This document shows, one piece after another, positions 8,959-19,180 of a stretch of 64,000 bases of DNA. The notes under the pieces were generated by a model, which saw nothing but the letters and a program-made list of their open reading frames with translations, was not told the DNA's origin and searched no databases. The stretch covers positions 124,001-188,000 of IMG/VR virus record IMGVR_UViG_3300047510_001118; one strand, written 5' to 3'. A program made the position numbers and the translations under genes. Numbering within the stretch: position 1 is the stretch's first letter; each line of letters starts with the position of its first letter.

Positions 8959-10554
8959 TTAGAATCCTGTTGAAACAAATATAGGCATTGGCGGTTCAAA
9001 ATCGTCATTTTCGTCGTCTTCGCGCCCACTCATTACATCAAACACCCTAGAATCCCAGTCCGCCATAACTGAGCTCATACGAACTGATAGCAGTAGAGCT
9101 GAAACTAGATCGTCAGTTTCCCCAGTTTTTGCTTTAAAACTTATACCCGATGCTATGAATGCTTTTAGCTCAGAAATTAACGGTTTAGAATTAATCTTCA
9201 TTTTTCCAGATTCAACTAAGTGTTTAACCCTTGAGCAAGCAGTAATTTTACTGCGATGTGTAGTATTAAATCCTTTACGGAATTTACGTACATGTCCTTT
9301 TCTTATGGGTTCTGCTACAAATAACCCTGGTATATTTTCTTCGCCAATGTTTTTAATTACTATCAGTGCGGCTTCGCCTACTGTGTTATTTTCTACACTC
9401 CAGTAGATGTTTTGTCCCTGCATTTTAGGACAGCAATCTTGAATGTATCGATTAATATCCCGCAATATTCGAATCTGTCCATCTACTGCTGTTGTGTTAT
9501 GTTGCCACTCTGCTACCTGTTCCATAGTGGGTAATTCTATGACTTGTATAGCGGCATAGTTTCCGCCTGTGCCTAGAGCAGGGTCTAGTGCCACGGCATA
9601 AATGTACTCATCTGATGGTTTCTTATACCACCTTGCCTGCCCCATTTTTAATATAGGTTCTTTGCCTTCCATGCCAGCAAGACAGATACTGTTGATCAGT
9701 GTTTCGTCATAGACTAGGAATTCGCAGCCGTATTCTCGACGAAATCGTTCCTCGCCAATACGTCCTAATTCTACATCTTTCCATTCGTCATTGCGATCCG
9801 GGTGTTCCCACCATTCGGCTTTAAAAGCGTGAAAGCCATTTAACCCCACTTCAGTTTCGTTGCCAAATTCGTCAAACTTTTTATTGGCTTCTTTCCAAAT
9901 TGTAGCAAACGTATCTTCGTCTGAGTTAGGTGTTGATGTGATAATTGCTCGACCACCAGTGGCCAGTGTAGGAGATATTGAAGTCCAAAATTCTTCTGCT
10001 ATGTTTGGTTGTACAAACGCAAACTCGTCACAGTATAGTAATGATATAGACATACCGCGACCTGTGTTGCCGGTGGTTGTTGCTGAAACTATACGACTAC
10101 CGTTGTCAAATTCTATACTACCTTTATTGTAGTTTGTTACACCACAACGTATATGATCGGGGCAGTCTTCATAGGCGTATCTAATACGCTGCATAATTTC
10201 TTGTGCGCCCGTGTATTTGTGTGCGGCAACAAGAATAGTTTGATCTGGATGGAACATAGCGTACCAGAGCAAGTAACCTGCGGCACAGGTTGTTTTGCCA
10301 CTTTGTCGTGGCAACATATTGATATTAAATCTATTATCGTGATAACTGTGTAAGAGATTTATTTGATAGGTATACGGTTCAAACAACAACTTACCTTTTA
10401 CAGGATGTTGTATATAAAAAAAGTTTTTAGCAAAATAGAGGTATCCAGTTATGGGGTCAGCACACTCTATTAGATCCTGAATCTGTTGTTCAGTAAATCT
10501 TTCTTGTTTATGGGCTTTCTTTATTAAGACGCCGTCTAAGGTTTTTCCAGCCAT
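8959..10554 (-). CDS. gp17: Terminase large subunit
   Basis: Walker A PRQSGKTT, Walker B LLYCDEFAF, STPN coupling motif, RNase H-like ALDPALG and TDDLVSAL. Confidence 0.96.
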   Translation of the reverse strand: MAGKTLDGVLIKKAHKQERFTEQQIQDLIECADPITGYLYFAKNFFYIQHPVKGKLLFEPYTYQINLLHSYHDNRFNINMLPRQSGKTTCAAGYLLWYAMFHPDQTILVAAHKYTGAQEIMQRIRYAYEDCPDHIRCGVTNYNKGSIEFDNGSRIVSATTTGNTGRGMSISLLYCDEFAFVQPNIAEEFWTSISPTLATGGRAIITSTPNSDEDTFATIWKEANKKFDEFGNETEVGLNGFHAFKAEWWEHPDRNDEWKDVELGRIGEERFRREYGCEFLVYDETLINSICLAGMEGKEPILKMGQARWYKKPSDEYIYAVALDPALGTGGNYAAIQVIELPTMEQVAEWQHNTTAVDGQIRILRDINRYIQDCCPKMQGQNIYWSVENNTVGEAALIVIKNIGEENIPGLFVAEPIRKGHVRKFRKGFNTTHRSKITACSRVKHLVESGKMKINSKPLISELKAFIASGISFKAKTGETDDLVSALLLSVRMSSVMADWDSRVFDVMSGREDDENDDFEPPMPIFVSTGF

Positions 10555-10568
10555 GCTGTTATTTAACG

Positions 10569-10596
10569 AAAAAAATAGGCCCCGAAGAGCCTATTT
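10569..10596 (-). terminator. Rho-independent terminator with C(UUCG)G tetraloop
   Basis: Minus strand AAATAGGCTC-TTCG-GGGCCTATTT-TTTT. Confidence 0.85.
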
Positions 10597-10618
10597 GGTT
10601 ACTGCTGACGAAATCTTA

Positions 10619-11671
10619 TTATAGTTTTCCTGCTCTGGCTGCTTTTTCTTTAGCATACGCCCTTTCGGCATCTTCAACATCCCATGACTTCATACCCGGT
10701 ACATATTTGTCTTTTTTACCGATTCGTGCCATTCTATCTTGTAAAGATCTTTGTTCTTTTTCAGCGGAAACTTGATCTTGATGTCTTCTGTTTGAATCTG
10801 CAGCATCTATGTCTCGAACGGCTTGTGCTTGTTTTGGATCAAAGTACATTGTTTCATCAACACTATCTTCCTTAGTAGGACTTTGCTGATTAGCAAGATC
10901 GTTTGCTGTATTCATTCTAATTAGTCTTTGCTCTTGTGGAGTTAGCGGTTCTCCTTGTTCTTGTTTTTTAAGAGCCGCGTCTAAAGCAGGATTAGATTGA
11001 CTACCTTCTTTGATTTCTTTCCACATAGCATCTAATTGACGTCTAATGCTAGACTCACGCACTGCCATTGGATTATCGCCTGGATATTCTTTTTTGTATT
11101 GTTGTTTTTCTTTGTTTAATCCGCCTGACAAATCTTTAATCATTGTATGATGATCGCTAACCTGCTGATCTGGTTCATTGGCAAACTCTTCAGAAGTTGC
11201 ATTGTATGGGCTTGGATCTTTAATGCGAATGTCTGCTGGATTTTTTGGACCGTTTACGCCGCCGCCAGCATCTGTAGTAACACTGTCAACATCAGAATAT
11301 GCTTCTTCAGGTGAGTTTTCAAAAGGCTTTGGACTATCTGCTTTAGAGATCAAATCTCGAATTTGTGCCATACCGCTAGGACCGTCGGAGCCTGCTGGTT
11401 TGATTTTAGTAATGGAAATAGGCATATCCATTCCTGGACTAGGCATAGCCATTGGCTCGCTCATTCTAGTTGGAGCACTGGCCGCTTTCATAAGATCTAG
11501 CAGTTGCTTGATATTGTCAACGCCCTGAGCATTCATGCTTAAATTCATTGATACATTACCTGAAGATGGAGAACTGCTTGACATTGGCATGCCGCATTCC
11601 TCAACACTTTCATTAATTTGTTTCTTTTCAACACTGCCGTCAACAATGTTTAATAATTTTTTCATGTCCAT
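10619..11671 (-). CDS. Hypothetical, putative prohead core or internal protein
   Basis: Hydrophilic low-complexity protein with several [IV]xE motifs. Start reassigned to ATG 11671 (AAGGA SD, just after upstream TAA). Confidence 0.65.
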   Translation of the reverse strand: MDMKKLLNIVDGSVEKKQINESVEECGMPMSSSSPSSGNVSMNLSMNAQGVDNIKQLLDLMKAASAPTRMSEPMAMPSPGMDMPISITKIKPAGSDGPSGMAQIRDLISKADSPKPFENSPEEAYSDVDSVTTDAGGGVNGPKNPADIRIKDPSPYNATSEEFANEPDQQVSDHHTMIKDLSGGLNKEKQQYKKEYPGDNPMAVRESSIRRQLDAMWKEIKEGSQSNPALDAALKKQEQGEPLTPQEQRLIRMNTANDLANQQSPTKEDSVDETMYFDPKQAQAVRDIDAADSNRRHQDQVSAEKEQRSLQDRMARIGKKDKYVPGMKSWDVEDAERAYAKEKAARAGKL

Positions 11672-11672
11672 T

Positions 11673-12275
11673 TTATTTTTTTCCTTTTTGGGCTTTAGAT
11701 CCAATTGGGCTAACGCCCGCTGAGGCTTCAACTGCTGCCGCTGGTTTTTCAGCAGGTACAGATTTGGCTAGTAACGCATCGTTGACACCTTTGTATTGTT
11801 CGCCACCGTGTTTAGTTTTAGATAGATCTTTTAAGAAACTAGAAACTTTTTTCTCACCGACTAAGTCTTGATGATTGCTGTCTGGAAAATCACATTGACC
11901 AATTAAAGGCTTTTCTGCTTCTTTTCTATTTTCTGTTTCTTGAAAATCTTCAGCGGCCTGTCCGGCTGTACGTACTCTAATGAGTCCCAAAGAGCATCCG
12001 CAAACTTGACTGATGTAATTTTCTAAAACTTGTGTGGTAGTGGGATAGTTAATTTCTACATCAAAATTTGTAACAGAAACATTTTTTAATTCTGGAAAAT
12101 CTAAAGGAGTTTCAGTAATAGGTGTACGTTTGCCTTTAGATAGTTTTACCACAGAAAAACGTTCCATTGCTGTTTTTAGTTTTTCCGCAAAACCTTCTTC
12201 AAGGTCACCCGCAACTTTAACCTTAAACTCATAGGTCTTTTTGCTTTCTGTTAAGTATTCTGTAAATGATTTCAT
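11673..12275 (-). CDS. Hypothetical, putative internal head protein
   Basis: Start ATG 12275 (GGGGA SD, TAAATA at 12298-12293). N-terminus MKSFTEYLTE resembles T4 capsid-targeting sequences. Confidence 0.7.
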   Translation of the reverse strand: MKSFTEYLTESKKTYEFKVKVAGDLEEGFAEKLKTAMERFSVVKLSKGKRTPITETPLDFPELKNVSVTNFDVEINYPTTTQVLENYISQVCGCSLGLIRVRTAGQAAEDFQETENRKEAEKPLIGQCDFPDSNHQDLVGEKKVSSFLKDLSKTKHGGEQYKGVNDALLAKSVPAEKPAAAVEASAGVSPIGSKAQKGKK

Positions 12276-12295
12276 AATATTCCCCACTACTATAT

Positions 12296-12805
12296 TTATT
12301 TTATATTCTTCAATTTTTCTAAGAGGCTATTGCGGTCAGTTATAAGGTATCCTTCGCCTTGTATAGAACCGTCATCTTCACCAGGTTTTTGTGCTTCCTG
12401 GTCTACTTTTTGCTTCTTAATTTGTAGCTCAATCATCTTAAGTTTTTTGTCAATTTTAGCAGATTTTGCGTCTATAGCGTTCTTTAATGCTGACTGTGCT
12501 ACTTCAAAAATCCTTGAACTAAATCTAGGTTCTACATTCATACCTAAATCCATCAAATCATCATAGGCATCTGTAGCACGTTTGGCTAGATCATCAAATT
12601 CTGTGTCGCTGATATCTCCTAGTCCTTTGACCTGTGGAAGGGCCGCTGAAATTTTGTCTATTTCGCTGATATCTCTAAATAGATTTTCAGCCGGAGCAGA
12701 TTCTCTGGCTTTTTGTTTTTCTGCTACACGTACTCGCTTTTCTTCTTCTTTAGCGATTTCTTTGTTTTCAGGCAGATTTAACAATTCTTCTAGTTTCTTA
12801 GTCAT
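12296..12805 (-). CDS. Probable terminase small subunit (gp16-like)
   Basis: Helical 169 aa with ...MNVEPRFSSRIFEVA... and a C-terminal DRNSLLEKLK tail, near gp17. Confidence 0.5.
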   Translation of the reverse strand: MTKKLEELLNLPENKEIAKEEEKRVRVAEKQKARESAPAENLFRDISEIDKISAALPQVKGLGDISDTEFDDLAKRATDAYDDLMDLGMNVEPRFSSRIFEVAQSALKNAIDAKSAKIDKKLKMIELQIKKQKVDQEAQKPGEDDGSIQGEGYLITDRNSLLEKLKNIK

Positions 12806-12815
12806 AGTGTTTTAC

Positions 12816-13250
12816 TTATCGCTTTCCGTAATGAAAAATATCACTTTCGGACAGCACTCTAAATTTTAATCCCTGTTGTCTACACCAAGCATTGGCTGCA
12901 GACCACTTTGCTTGATTTTTAATGTACGCGGCCTGACGTGCTTTGCTACGTCCTACCTTTTCTCGTATTGCTTGATTTGCGGGTTTAACTTCCCATACTT
13001 CGGCATGTTTACGTCCTGTTCGATCATTATAGACTACAAAAAAATCAGGTACGTAGATAGTATATTTTCCAGTTAGGGGATCTCTATATGGAACTTTGAT
13101 AACTTCACTGCCCCACTTTTCAATTGCGCCGTTATTGTCAAACATCTGCATCACTGCCCACTCCCAACTACTTCTATATGTGGGTGTTCTATTGCCCATA
13201 TATTTTTCAGGATTTTTAAGGGCAAATTTTCCTTGAGCAAACTTTGGCAT
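12816..13250 (-). CDS. gp4: Head completion nuclease, T4 gp4-like (TnsA/PD-(D/E)xK fold)
   Basis: KNPEKY.G, YRSSWE, W.SE...PY, Y.PDF, EVKP, N.AKW.AA..WC, F.VLSE motifs. Confidence 0.88.
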   Translation of the reverse strand: MPKFAQGKFALKNPEKYMGNRTPTYRSSWEWAVMQMFDNNGAIEKWGSEVIKVPYRDPLTGKYTIYVPDFFVVYNDRTGRKHAEVWEVKPANQAIREKVGRSKARQAAYIKNQAKWSAANAWCRQQGLKFRVLSESDIFHYGKR

Positions 13251-13621
13251 TATAAAACAATATTTCTTGTCTCTAGTAATTCACCGGTGGATTCTCTTCT
13301 ATATCCTAGTGTAGAAATTTTTTGTCTGTTATAGTTTAAAACTTCTGCTACAATAGCACTGAGTTGAATTTCTTGTAGACCTTCTAACGTGTCAAGCAGA
13401 TCAAAAACTTTTACACCGTCAATCTTTGCCTGTTGTAATAATACTATGGCTGTAGATTGACTGGCTAATTTATCAAATCCTCTTTTTTCAAAGAATCCAA
13501 TGGTCGCATCAATTTCAGCGGCCGGAAAACTAATAGGTTCTGTAAAGTATGTGTCAAAAAAACTCTTAACTCCTTCAGATGAGTCAGTGTTGGCTGTGCT
13601 TGGTAAATTAGAATTTATCAT
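13250..13621 (-). CDS. Hypothetical protein (123 aa)
   Basis: ORF tightly coupled between its neighbours. Confidence 0.8.
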   Translation of the reverse strand: MINSNLPSTANTDSSEGVKSFFDTYFTEPISFPAAEIDATIGFFEKRGFDKLASQSTAIVLLQQAKIDGVKVFDLLDTLEGLQEIQLSAIVAEVLNYNRQKISTLGYRRESTGELLETRNIVL

Positions 13622-13623
13622 GA

Positions 13624-15015
13624 TTATCCTGCTGTTGAAATTATTTTATCTGCTAAATCGTTGAGTTTATTATTTCGTCCGGAGTCAACTAATCTGTCAA
13701 CGGCTGCTGCCGCACCTGCTCCTGGGGGAACTACACCCGACTTGATGGCCAGCTCAACCAATGCTGTTTTAGCGGCTGGATTATTAGTTAACGCTGTCTT
13801 TCGTTGATCTGGGGTATTTTTCTTAGCAGTTTCTCTTGGCGCCGAAGCCGTGGTAGTTTTTGCTTGACCGTTGCCGGCCGATTTAGGAAAGAATACGTTA
13901 GCAACACCACTGACATCAATACCTGTACTAGCACCGATGGCGCTTTTAAGTATACCAAATCCTTCTTGACGTACTCCTTCTCTGGTTAATCGTTTTGAAT
14001 TATTATAAACATTAATACCTTTAATTACAGTGCCAAGAGTGAATCCATTACCACCAGGTCCTAGATCTGAAAGTATGCTGCCAATGCCGCCTAGGATACC
14101 ACCTTGTCCAAAAAGACTAGTTACACCACCGCCCAACAATCCCAGTGGGCTAGGTTGATTATCATAAAATTCTGTGGCAAATGTTTTAGGATTTCCTCTA
14201 CTCACTGCGCCAGCACCGTAGATTACCGCTTCATAGGCTAGGGTCATAGTATTCTGCGTACCTTCGTTAGTTGAAGAACTTAATGCGTCGTGCTGCCATC
14301 CTGTGATAATTGGATTAATCAAAGTATAACTTTGATATTGATGTCTGGCTAATTGAAATATCTGTATGCTACTAAAAAATGGCACACTAGAACCATTGTC
14401 AAGACCGTATCTAAATGTATTAAGAGTTGGACCTTTAGTTGAATTTCTTTGATAGGCTGCTGGAACCCCAGATGCCGCAGACCCTAAGAAACTTTTTACA
14501 GCACCCATTAATCCGTTAGATCCAGGAATAATTCCTGCTACTACATTACCTAGACCAGATAACAAGGCTCCGGCAGTAGACGATCCTGCACTGGCTCCGT
14601 GTTTACTGTCGCCATAATAATAGCCGTAATACATGGCCCATAAATTTGTAGTCAATCCAAAATTATCGTCGTGAAAGACAACGTTTGTATTTTCATATTC
14701 TAATTTTGTTTGTACTGCTTTTTTTCTATTATACTGTTGTGGTCTATCAACAGTAATTCTAAACTTGGGCAAATCAACACTTTTTACCAGCATATTAATT
14801 GCTGTTCCATGCTTTTGTATATCAAATTTTCCTGACGCAACTGCTGCAGGATTAAGATTAAATACCACATGATACATCCACTTGCCCTTGGGGGCAAGTC
14901 GCATAGACTGTGAATTATACAGTCTTGCTGCATGTTGAAAATCTCCCAGTGTTCCTTTAGGATTTCCTAAACCTGAGATTACATTGTTTAAAAAGCCGTT
15001 TAATAAGTTTGCCAT
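13624..15015 (-). CDS. Tail-tube-fold baseplate protein (gp48/gp54-like)
   Basis: VKSVDLPKF...QYNRK...LEY..TNVVFHDD tube-like core plus Gly-rich hydrophobic segments, directly downstream of the tail tube gene. Confidence 0.55.
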   Translation of the reverse strand: MANLLNGFLNNVISGLGNPKGTLGDFQHAARLYNSQSMRLAPKGKWMYHVVFNLNPAAVASGKFDIQKHGTAINMLVKSVDLPKFRITVDRPQQYNRKKAVQTKLEYENTNVVFHDDNFGLTTNLWAMYYGYYYGDSKHGASAGSSTAGALLSGLGNVVAGIIPGSNGLMGAVKSFLGSAASGVPAAYQRNSTKGPTLNTFRYGLDNGSSVPFFSSIQIFQLARHQYQSYTLINPIITGWQHDALSSSTNEGTQNTMTLAYEAVIYGAGAVSRGNPKTFATEFYDNQPSPLGLLGGGVTSLFGQGGILGGIGSILSDLGPGGNGFTLGTVIKGINVYNNSKRLTREGVRQEGFGILKSAIGASTGIDVSGVANVFFPKSAGNGQAKTTTASAPRETAKKNTPDQRKTALTNNPAAKTALVELAIKSGVVPPGAGAAAAVDRLVDSGRNNKLNDLADKIISTAG

Positions 15016-15050
15016 ACAAATATTTAGCGAATAATTTTAAGTGCGTAGAT

Positions 15051-15080
15051 AAAGAAAAAGGGCACCGAAGTGCCCCTTTC
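15051..15080 (-). terminator. Rho-independent terminator with C(UUCG)G tetraloop
   Basis: Minus strand GGGCAC-TTCG-GTGCCC-TTTTTCTTT after the tail tube gene. Confidence 0.85.
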
Positions 15081-15104
15081 TTTTTGACTGCTCCCGAACT
15101 TTAA

Positions 15105-15725
15105 TTATCCACCTGTAGATAGAGTTCCAAGAGCTCTTCCTACTGCTGTACCAATTCCTGTGCCTTGTGGGCTTTGGATGGCATTATCATACTGAATTGT
15201 TAAATCAATTGTTACTGGGTCATTGGTACCATAGTTAACTGTACCGTATGTTGCGTTGGTTAAGAAACAACCATACATTTCCCATGTTTCTAATACTGTT
15301 GGAACGTTTGCGCCGTTACCACCATCTAACATTTCTAAACGTAGTGTGAATTTGTAATCAATTCCTGCTGCCGCAGAACTTTGTTCAAAAAAGTCAAATT
15401 GCTTTTGTAACTGCTCGCCTACTAGTTTTTGTACTTCACCTGTGGCGTCATCACGTAATTTTACTGTTACTGCTTCCCACTTGTGTTTACCAGCCATATA
15501 AACACGGCTGTTGTACACTGGTAGTTCAATTGGATCAAATGTCACTGTTGGACGTTTTGCTTCAACAACCTGCTTGGTTAAGTTAGTTGTGGGCGAAGAC
15601 ACTCCAAAATTTTCAAATGACATTCTAAATCTGTACGATAGTTTTGGCATTAGCAAGCCTTGCGAGCTTGCTGATTGGTCACTGGCTAACGGTACTGATA
15701 ATCTGCTTAGTGTTGATATAGACAT
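15105..15725 (-). CDS. gp19: Tail tube protein
   Basis: PKLSYRFR, RPTVTF, W..VTVKLRDD, ETWEMYGCF, LTIQYDNA motifs. Follows the sheath gene. Confidence 0.88.
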   Translation of the reverse strand: MSISTLSRLSVPLASDQSASSQGLLMPKLSYRFRMSFENFGVSSPTTNLTKQVVEAKRPTVTFDPIELPVYNSRVYMAGKHKWEAVTVKLRDDATGEVQKLVGEQLQKQFDFFEQSSAAAGIDYKFTLRLEMLDGGNGANVPTVLETWEMYGCFLTNATYGTVNYGTNDPVTIDLTIQYDNAIQSPQGTGIGTAVGRALGTLSTGG

Positions 15726-15757
15726 TCTTTAGTCTCCTGTAGTCTTATTTATTAGCC

Positions 15758-18700
15758 TTATAACCCTGCAATTTCACCGGTATTCTTTAAGCGTACTGGA
15801 ATATAAATGAATTCCACTGCTTTAACTGGTTCAATCGCAATGTCAACATACAACTCGTTTCTATCGATTCTATTAGGTGTGTTGTTGCTTTCGTCACACA
15901 CCACTAGATAGTCGTATAGAGCACGTTGTCCGACTAATTCAAGCAATAGACTTTCAACCTGTTGCTTGATTTCATCTCTAGTAATCTTATCGTTTGGTTC
16001 AAAGATGTATGGTTTTGCTAGTTTGTTTAACTGACTACGTAGGTAAATTACCAAACGTGCTACATTAATACGATCTAAAGCACTGGCGTTTCTTGCGCGA
16101 GTCTTTTGACCAAAGTTAACTAGTCCAGCACCTGTGAAGAATGTGATTGGATTAACTTTTACATTGTATAGTGTATCTCTTTGACCTTCGTTAAGAGCCA
16201 CTGATACAAATTCGCCTTCGTCACTGATATAACCAACTGCTGTTGCGTTAGTAATACCGCCACGTCTTGTACCTGCTGGAGCAAACCATGGGTAACTTAC
16301 TTGATCGCTTAGAGCAATCATACGGCAAATCATATGACTTGGTGGTACCGCAACGTCTCTGCCTGCGTTGTCGCTGGTGAATCCCCATGGATAAAATATA
16401 CCCAGGTATTCATCAAAACTTACAAGACCGTTGTCGTCGTCTTGTAGGCTTAGAGCAACGTTGTTACCCCAATCGTTGATTGTTGTAGCATCTGGTGTTA
16501 AACGTGCTGGTGTATCTCCAACTATGAATGCTGTTAAACCGCGATCGTAGTTTAGATTTACCATTTCACCAATTAGTTCTGAATAACCTGGGCAAGCCAT
16601 TAGGTTAAACGATCTAACTTCTGTGTCACGAATTTCTTGATTGCTGTTTACCAATGCCTGTAGAGATTGGATAATAACCTTACGTTGTGCGTGACGTCCA
16701 AATGAACCTGAACCGTCTGCTTGGTTGCCAGACTCTGTTACCCAACGATGTGGATAGTATGTTGACATAGCAACATCTCCCATACGTCCGTTGTCTGCGG
16801 TAACATCTACATAATTTCTTACAAATTTCTTAACATTGAATCCTGAACGACGTAGATTCCATAGGATCATACCACGTGGGTATAATGCTGGATCCGGAGC
16901 ATCAAAGTCTAGGAAGTCACTGCCTGTGCCACGGTTTAGTGCGGCAATGGTTGCTGCCTCTTCGTTAGCACCACTGGTTGACCAACGAGCATCTGCGAAT
17001 AAAACTCCGTTTTCTGTAGTTTGGTCTGTCTTGTCTAGTGTTTCCCACTTTAGTAAATCACCATTCCAACGTTTGATTACAGGATAGTTTTCTAAATCGC
17101 TGGTATCGATCCAAATTTGGCCGTCGGCATCTGCGCCAATTTCTGTAGTACCGTCGCTGAGTGTAATTGGTTGGCTAGCACTTACAATAGCGCCATTTAC
17201 ATCGGTATCTGGATATACTGTGCCGTAACCTACCCAAGTTGTTCCATTGTGAACCATTAGATCAACTTCGTCAACTACAGAGCTATACCATAGTTCGCCG
17301 TCGGCTACTAAAGTTTGTGGAGCATCTGCGTCAATATAATACGTTCTTACAGTACCAGCAAATGTGCGTGGAATCCAGTTACTTGCGATGTGTGTATATG
17401 TATCGCCAGCATCACTGCCATCTGTATCAACTTCATAAACATTGGTATTAGCGGCTAGACCTAATGTCACTGCGTCTGCTGATTTAAATCTAATTTCGCC
17501 ACCTTTAGCATGACTGATTACTACTTTATTGTCGCTAGTAACAACAGCACTGATATCATTGATGTTAGCACTGTTAATTGCGCCGGCCAGTGTAGTAGCG
17601 TCGCTGGCATTGCCTGCGGCTGTATAAGAAACTGTAGCACTTAGAGCACTGCCTACACCGTAGATACCAGTTTGACCTGGTCGACTCCCGCCTAGTACTA
17701 ATGTCTTAGCACCAGCAGATAGTGTTGCGCCAATTATGCCTGTAGACACAGTAGTAGCACCACTTCTTGCTCTACGCATTACACGGAATGTTGCTAAAGG
17801 TTGTACAGTCTCATCTAAATTGTACTGTACATATACAGAATTAACTGGAAGACCAATGCCGCCACCGTTAACATCTAGCTCTGCTAGTGCTGACTGGTTA
17901 GTTGCGTATAATGGTGCTTCAACGGCATCCCATAACTGTGTAGTTTCGTTGTAAACTTTTACTCTCCAACGAGCACCTAGATTAGGTTCTGTTGTTTTAA
18001 CCCAAACAGATCCTGTTGGGCGAGGTGTATTACCTCTTGATTTCCATTGTGGCACATCAGTGTGCTTAGAAATCTGTAATTTAGGAGCATAGTATACTCC
18101 AGCAGTGATTCCTACTGCTGTTAATAACGCAGAAGTAGAAGTATTTTTTACTTCAACACTGTCAACATCATTAGTTTTGGCAAATAGTTGTAACAAACCG
18201 TTAACTACACGAGCACCTAAACCTGCGATATTAGCATCATTAATGTCATCGGCTAAACTTGCTACAGAAGTGCCGCTTGTACTGATTGTTTCATTAGCAG
18301 TTCCGTTAACAGAAACTACTAGGTCGTCACCTGCTGTATATGAACCAGTACCTGTGCCAGTTACCATTGGATGTACTGTGGCCCATTCATTGCTACCAAC
18401 CAATACCCAAGAAGCACTGCCTACATCACCGGCAGCATCAAACGGGCTCTTGTAATACAGTTCAATTTCGTGTCCTGTTGACAGATTTGAATCATTGTAA
18501 ACTAAAGCATAGGTTCCTACAGCACCTGTTGTGTCTAGTGGAACTCCTGTTGAAAAAATAGTTGGAACTTTGTTGTTAAAACTTTGACCGCCTGAACCTG
18601 CTGGTCTGTTGTCCCATTCAAAAATACCATAGTTTGTACTGGCTGAATCTAACCAGAATGTTCCATCTAATGGAGCACCGCCTGGAGCATCAGCACTGGC

Positions 18701-19060
18701 TACTAACTTGTTTAGATCAATTTCTGCTCTGACGATAAACGCAGAATTAGAAACACCTAAGTAACTGTAAGCGGCCTGTAAACCATACTCATTTAGTTCA
18801 CCAGCATGAATTGGGTTGTTGTTAGAGTCAACACGGAATGTTGGATCTCCAAATGTGTCAACTAGATCACGTTGACTTGTAATTAAATAAACCTTGCCTG
18901 CGTTTGCAGCAAGTGTACCTTGTGCTGTACCTGTGCCGCTACCATTCTCTTTATTTTGCGCAGACGCAACAATAAACAATGGGCGTGTACCTGGTTCAGC
19001 GGGTGTATAGAAACTTTCATCTATAACCGAAACTTGTACGCCTGGGGAAGTTAAAGCCAT
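15758..19060 (-). CDS. gp18: Contractile tail sheath protein (1100 aa)
   Basis: SPGVQVSVIDES N-terminus, YPWFAPAG.RRG, VNPI, GQKT, ALDRINVARL, FEPND..TR, VVCDESNN, PVKAVEFIYIP C-terminus. Confidence 0.96.
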   Translation of the reverse strand: MALTSPGVQVSVIDESFYTPAEPGTRPLFIVASAQNKENGSGTGTAQGTLAANAGKVYLITSQRDLVDTFGDPTFRVDSNNNPIHAGELNEYGLQAAYSYLGVSNSAFIVRAEIDLNKLVASADAPGGAPLDGTFWLDSASTNYGIFEWDNRPAGSGGQSFNNKVPTIFSTGVPLDTTGAVGTYALVYNDSNLSTGHEIELYYKSPFDAAGDVGSASWVLVGSNEWATVHPMVTGTGTGSYTAGDDLVVSVNGTANETISTSGTSVASLADDINDANIAGLGARVVNGLLQLFAKTNDVDSVEVKNTSTSALLTAVGITAGVYYAPKLQISKHTDVPQWKSRGNTPRPTGSVWVKTTEPNLGARWRVKVYNETTQLWDAVEAPLYATNQSALAELDVNGGGIGLPVNSVYVQYNLDETVQPLATFRVMRRARSGATTVSTGIIGATLSAGAKTLVLGGSRPGQTGIYGVGSALSATVSYTAAGNASDATTLAGAINSANINDISAVVTSDNKVVISHAKGGEIRFKSADAVTLGLAANTNVYEVDTDGSDAGDTYTHIASNWIPRTFAGTVRTYYIDADAPQTLVADGELWYSSVVDEVDLMVHNGTTWVGYGTVYPDTDVNGAIVSASQPITLSDGTTEIGADADGQIWIDTSDLENYPVIKRWNGDLLKWETLDKTDQTTENGVLFADARWSTSGANEEAATIAALNRGTGSDFLDFDAPDPALYPRGMILWNLRRSGFNVKKFVRNYVDVTADNGRMGDVAMSTYYPHRWVTESGNQADGSGSFGRHAQRKVIIQSLQALVNSNQEIRDTEVRSFNLMACPGYSELIGEMVNLNYDRGLTAFIVGDTPARLTPDATTINDWGNNVALSLQDDDNGLVSFDEYLGIFYPWGFTSDNAGRDVAVPPSHMICRMIALSDQVSYPWFAPAGTRRGGITNATAVGYISDEGEFVSVALNEGQRDTLYNVKVNPITFFTGAGLVNFGQKTRARNASALDRINVARLVIYLRSQLNKLAKPYIFEPNDKITRDEIKQQVESLLLELVGQRALYDYLVVCDESNNTPNRIDRNELYVDIAIEPVKAVEFIYIPVRLKNTGEIAGL

Positions 19061-19180
19061 ATCCTTATCTCCTAATTAGCTCTTCTTTTTAAGCTCTAAC
19101 AATATTTAGCCCATAGGTGATAAAAATGCTGACTTATACACCAATGAAAAGGGGAGAAAAAGGGTGGTTATAAATAGTTT

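Noticed and set aside
316-10554. Inteins or introns in uvsW, uvsX and terminase
   Set aside because: Lengths and motif spacing are normal, with no splicing motifs or interruptions.
12816-13250. TnsA transposase or mobile endonuclease
   Set aside because: Motifs and position match T4 gp4. No other transposon genes or terminal repeats.
19061-19180. tRNA or ncRNA in the longest intergenic gap
   Set aside because: No cloverleaf or T-loop. The gap is explained by divergent TAAATA motifs, though a purine tract (GAAAAGGGGAGAAAAAGGG) is unexplained.
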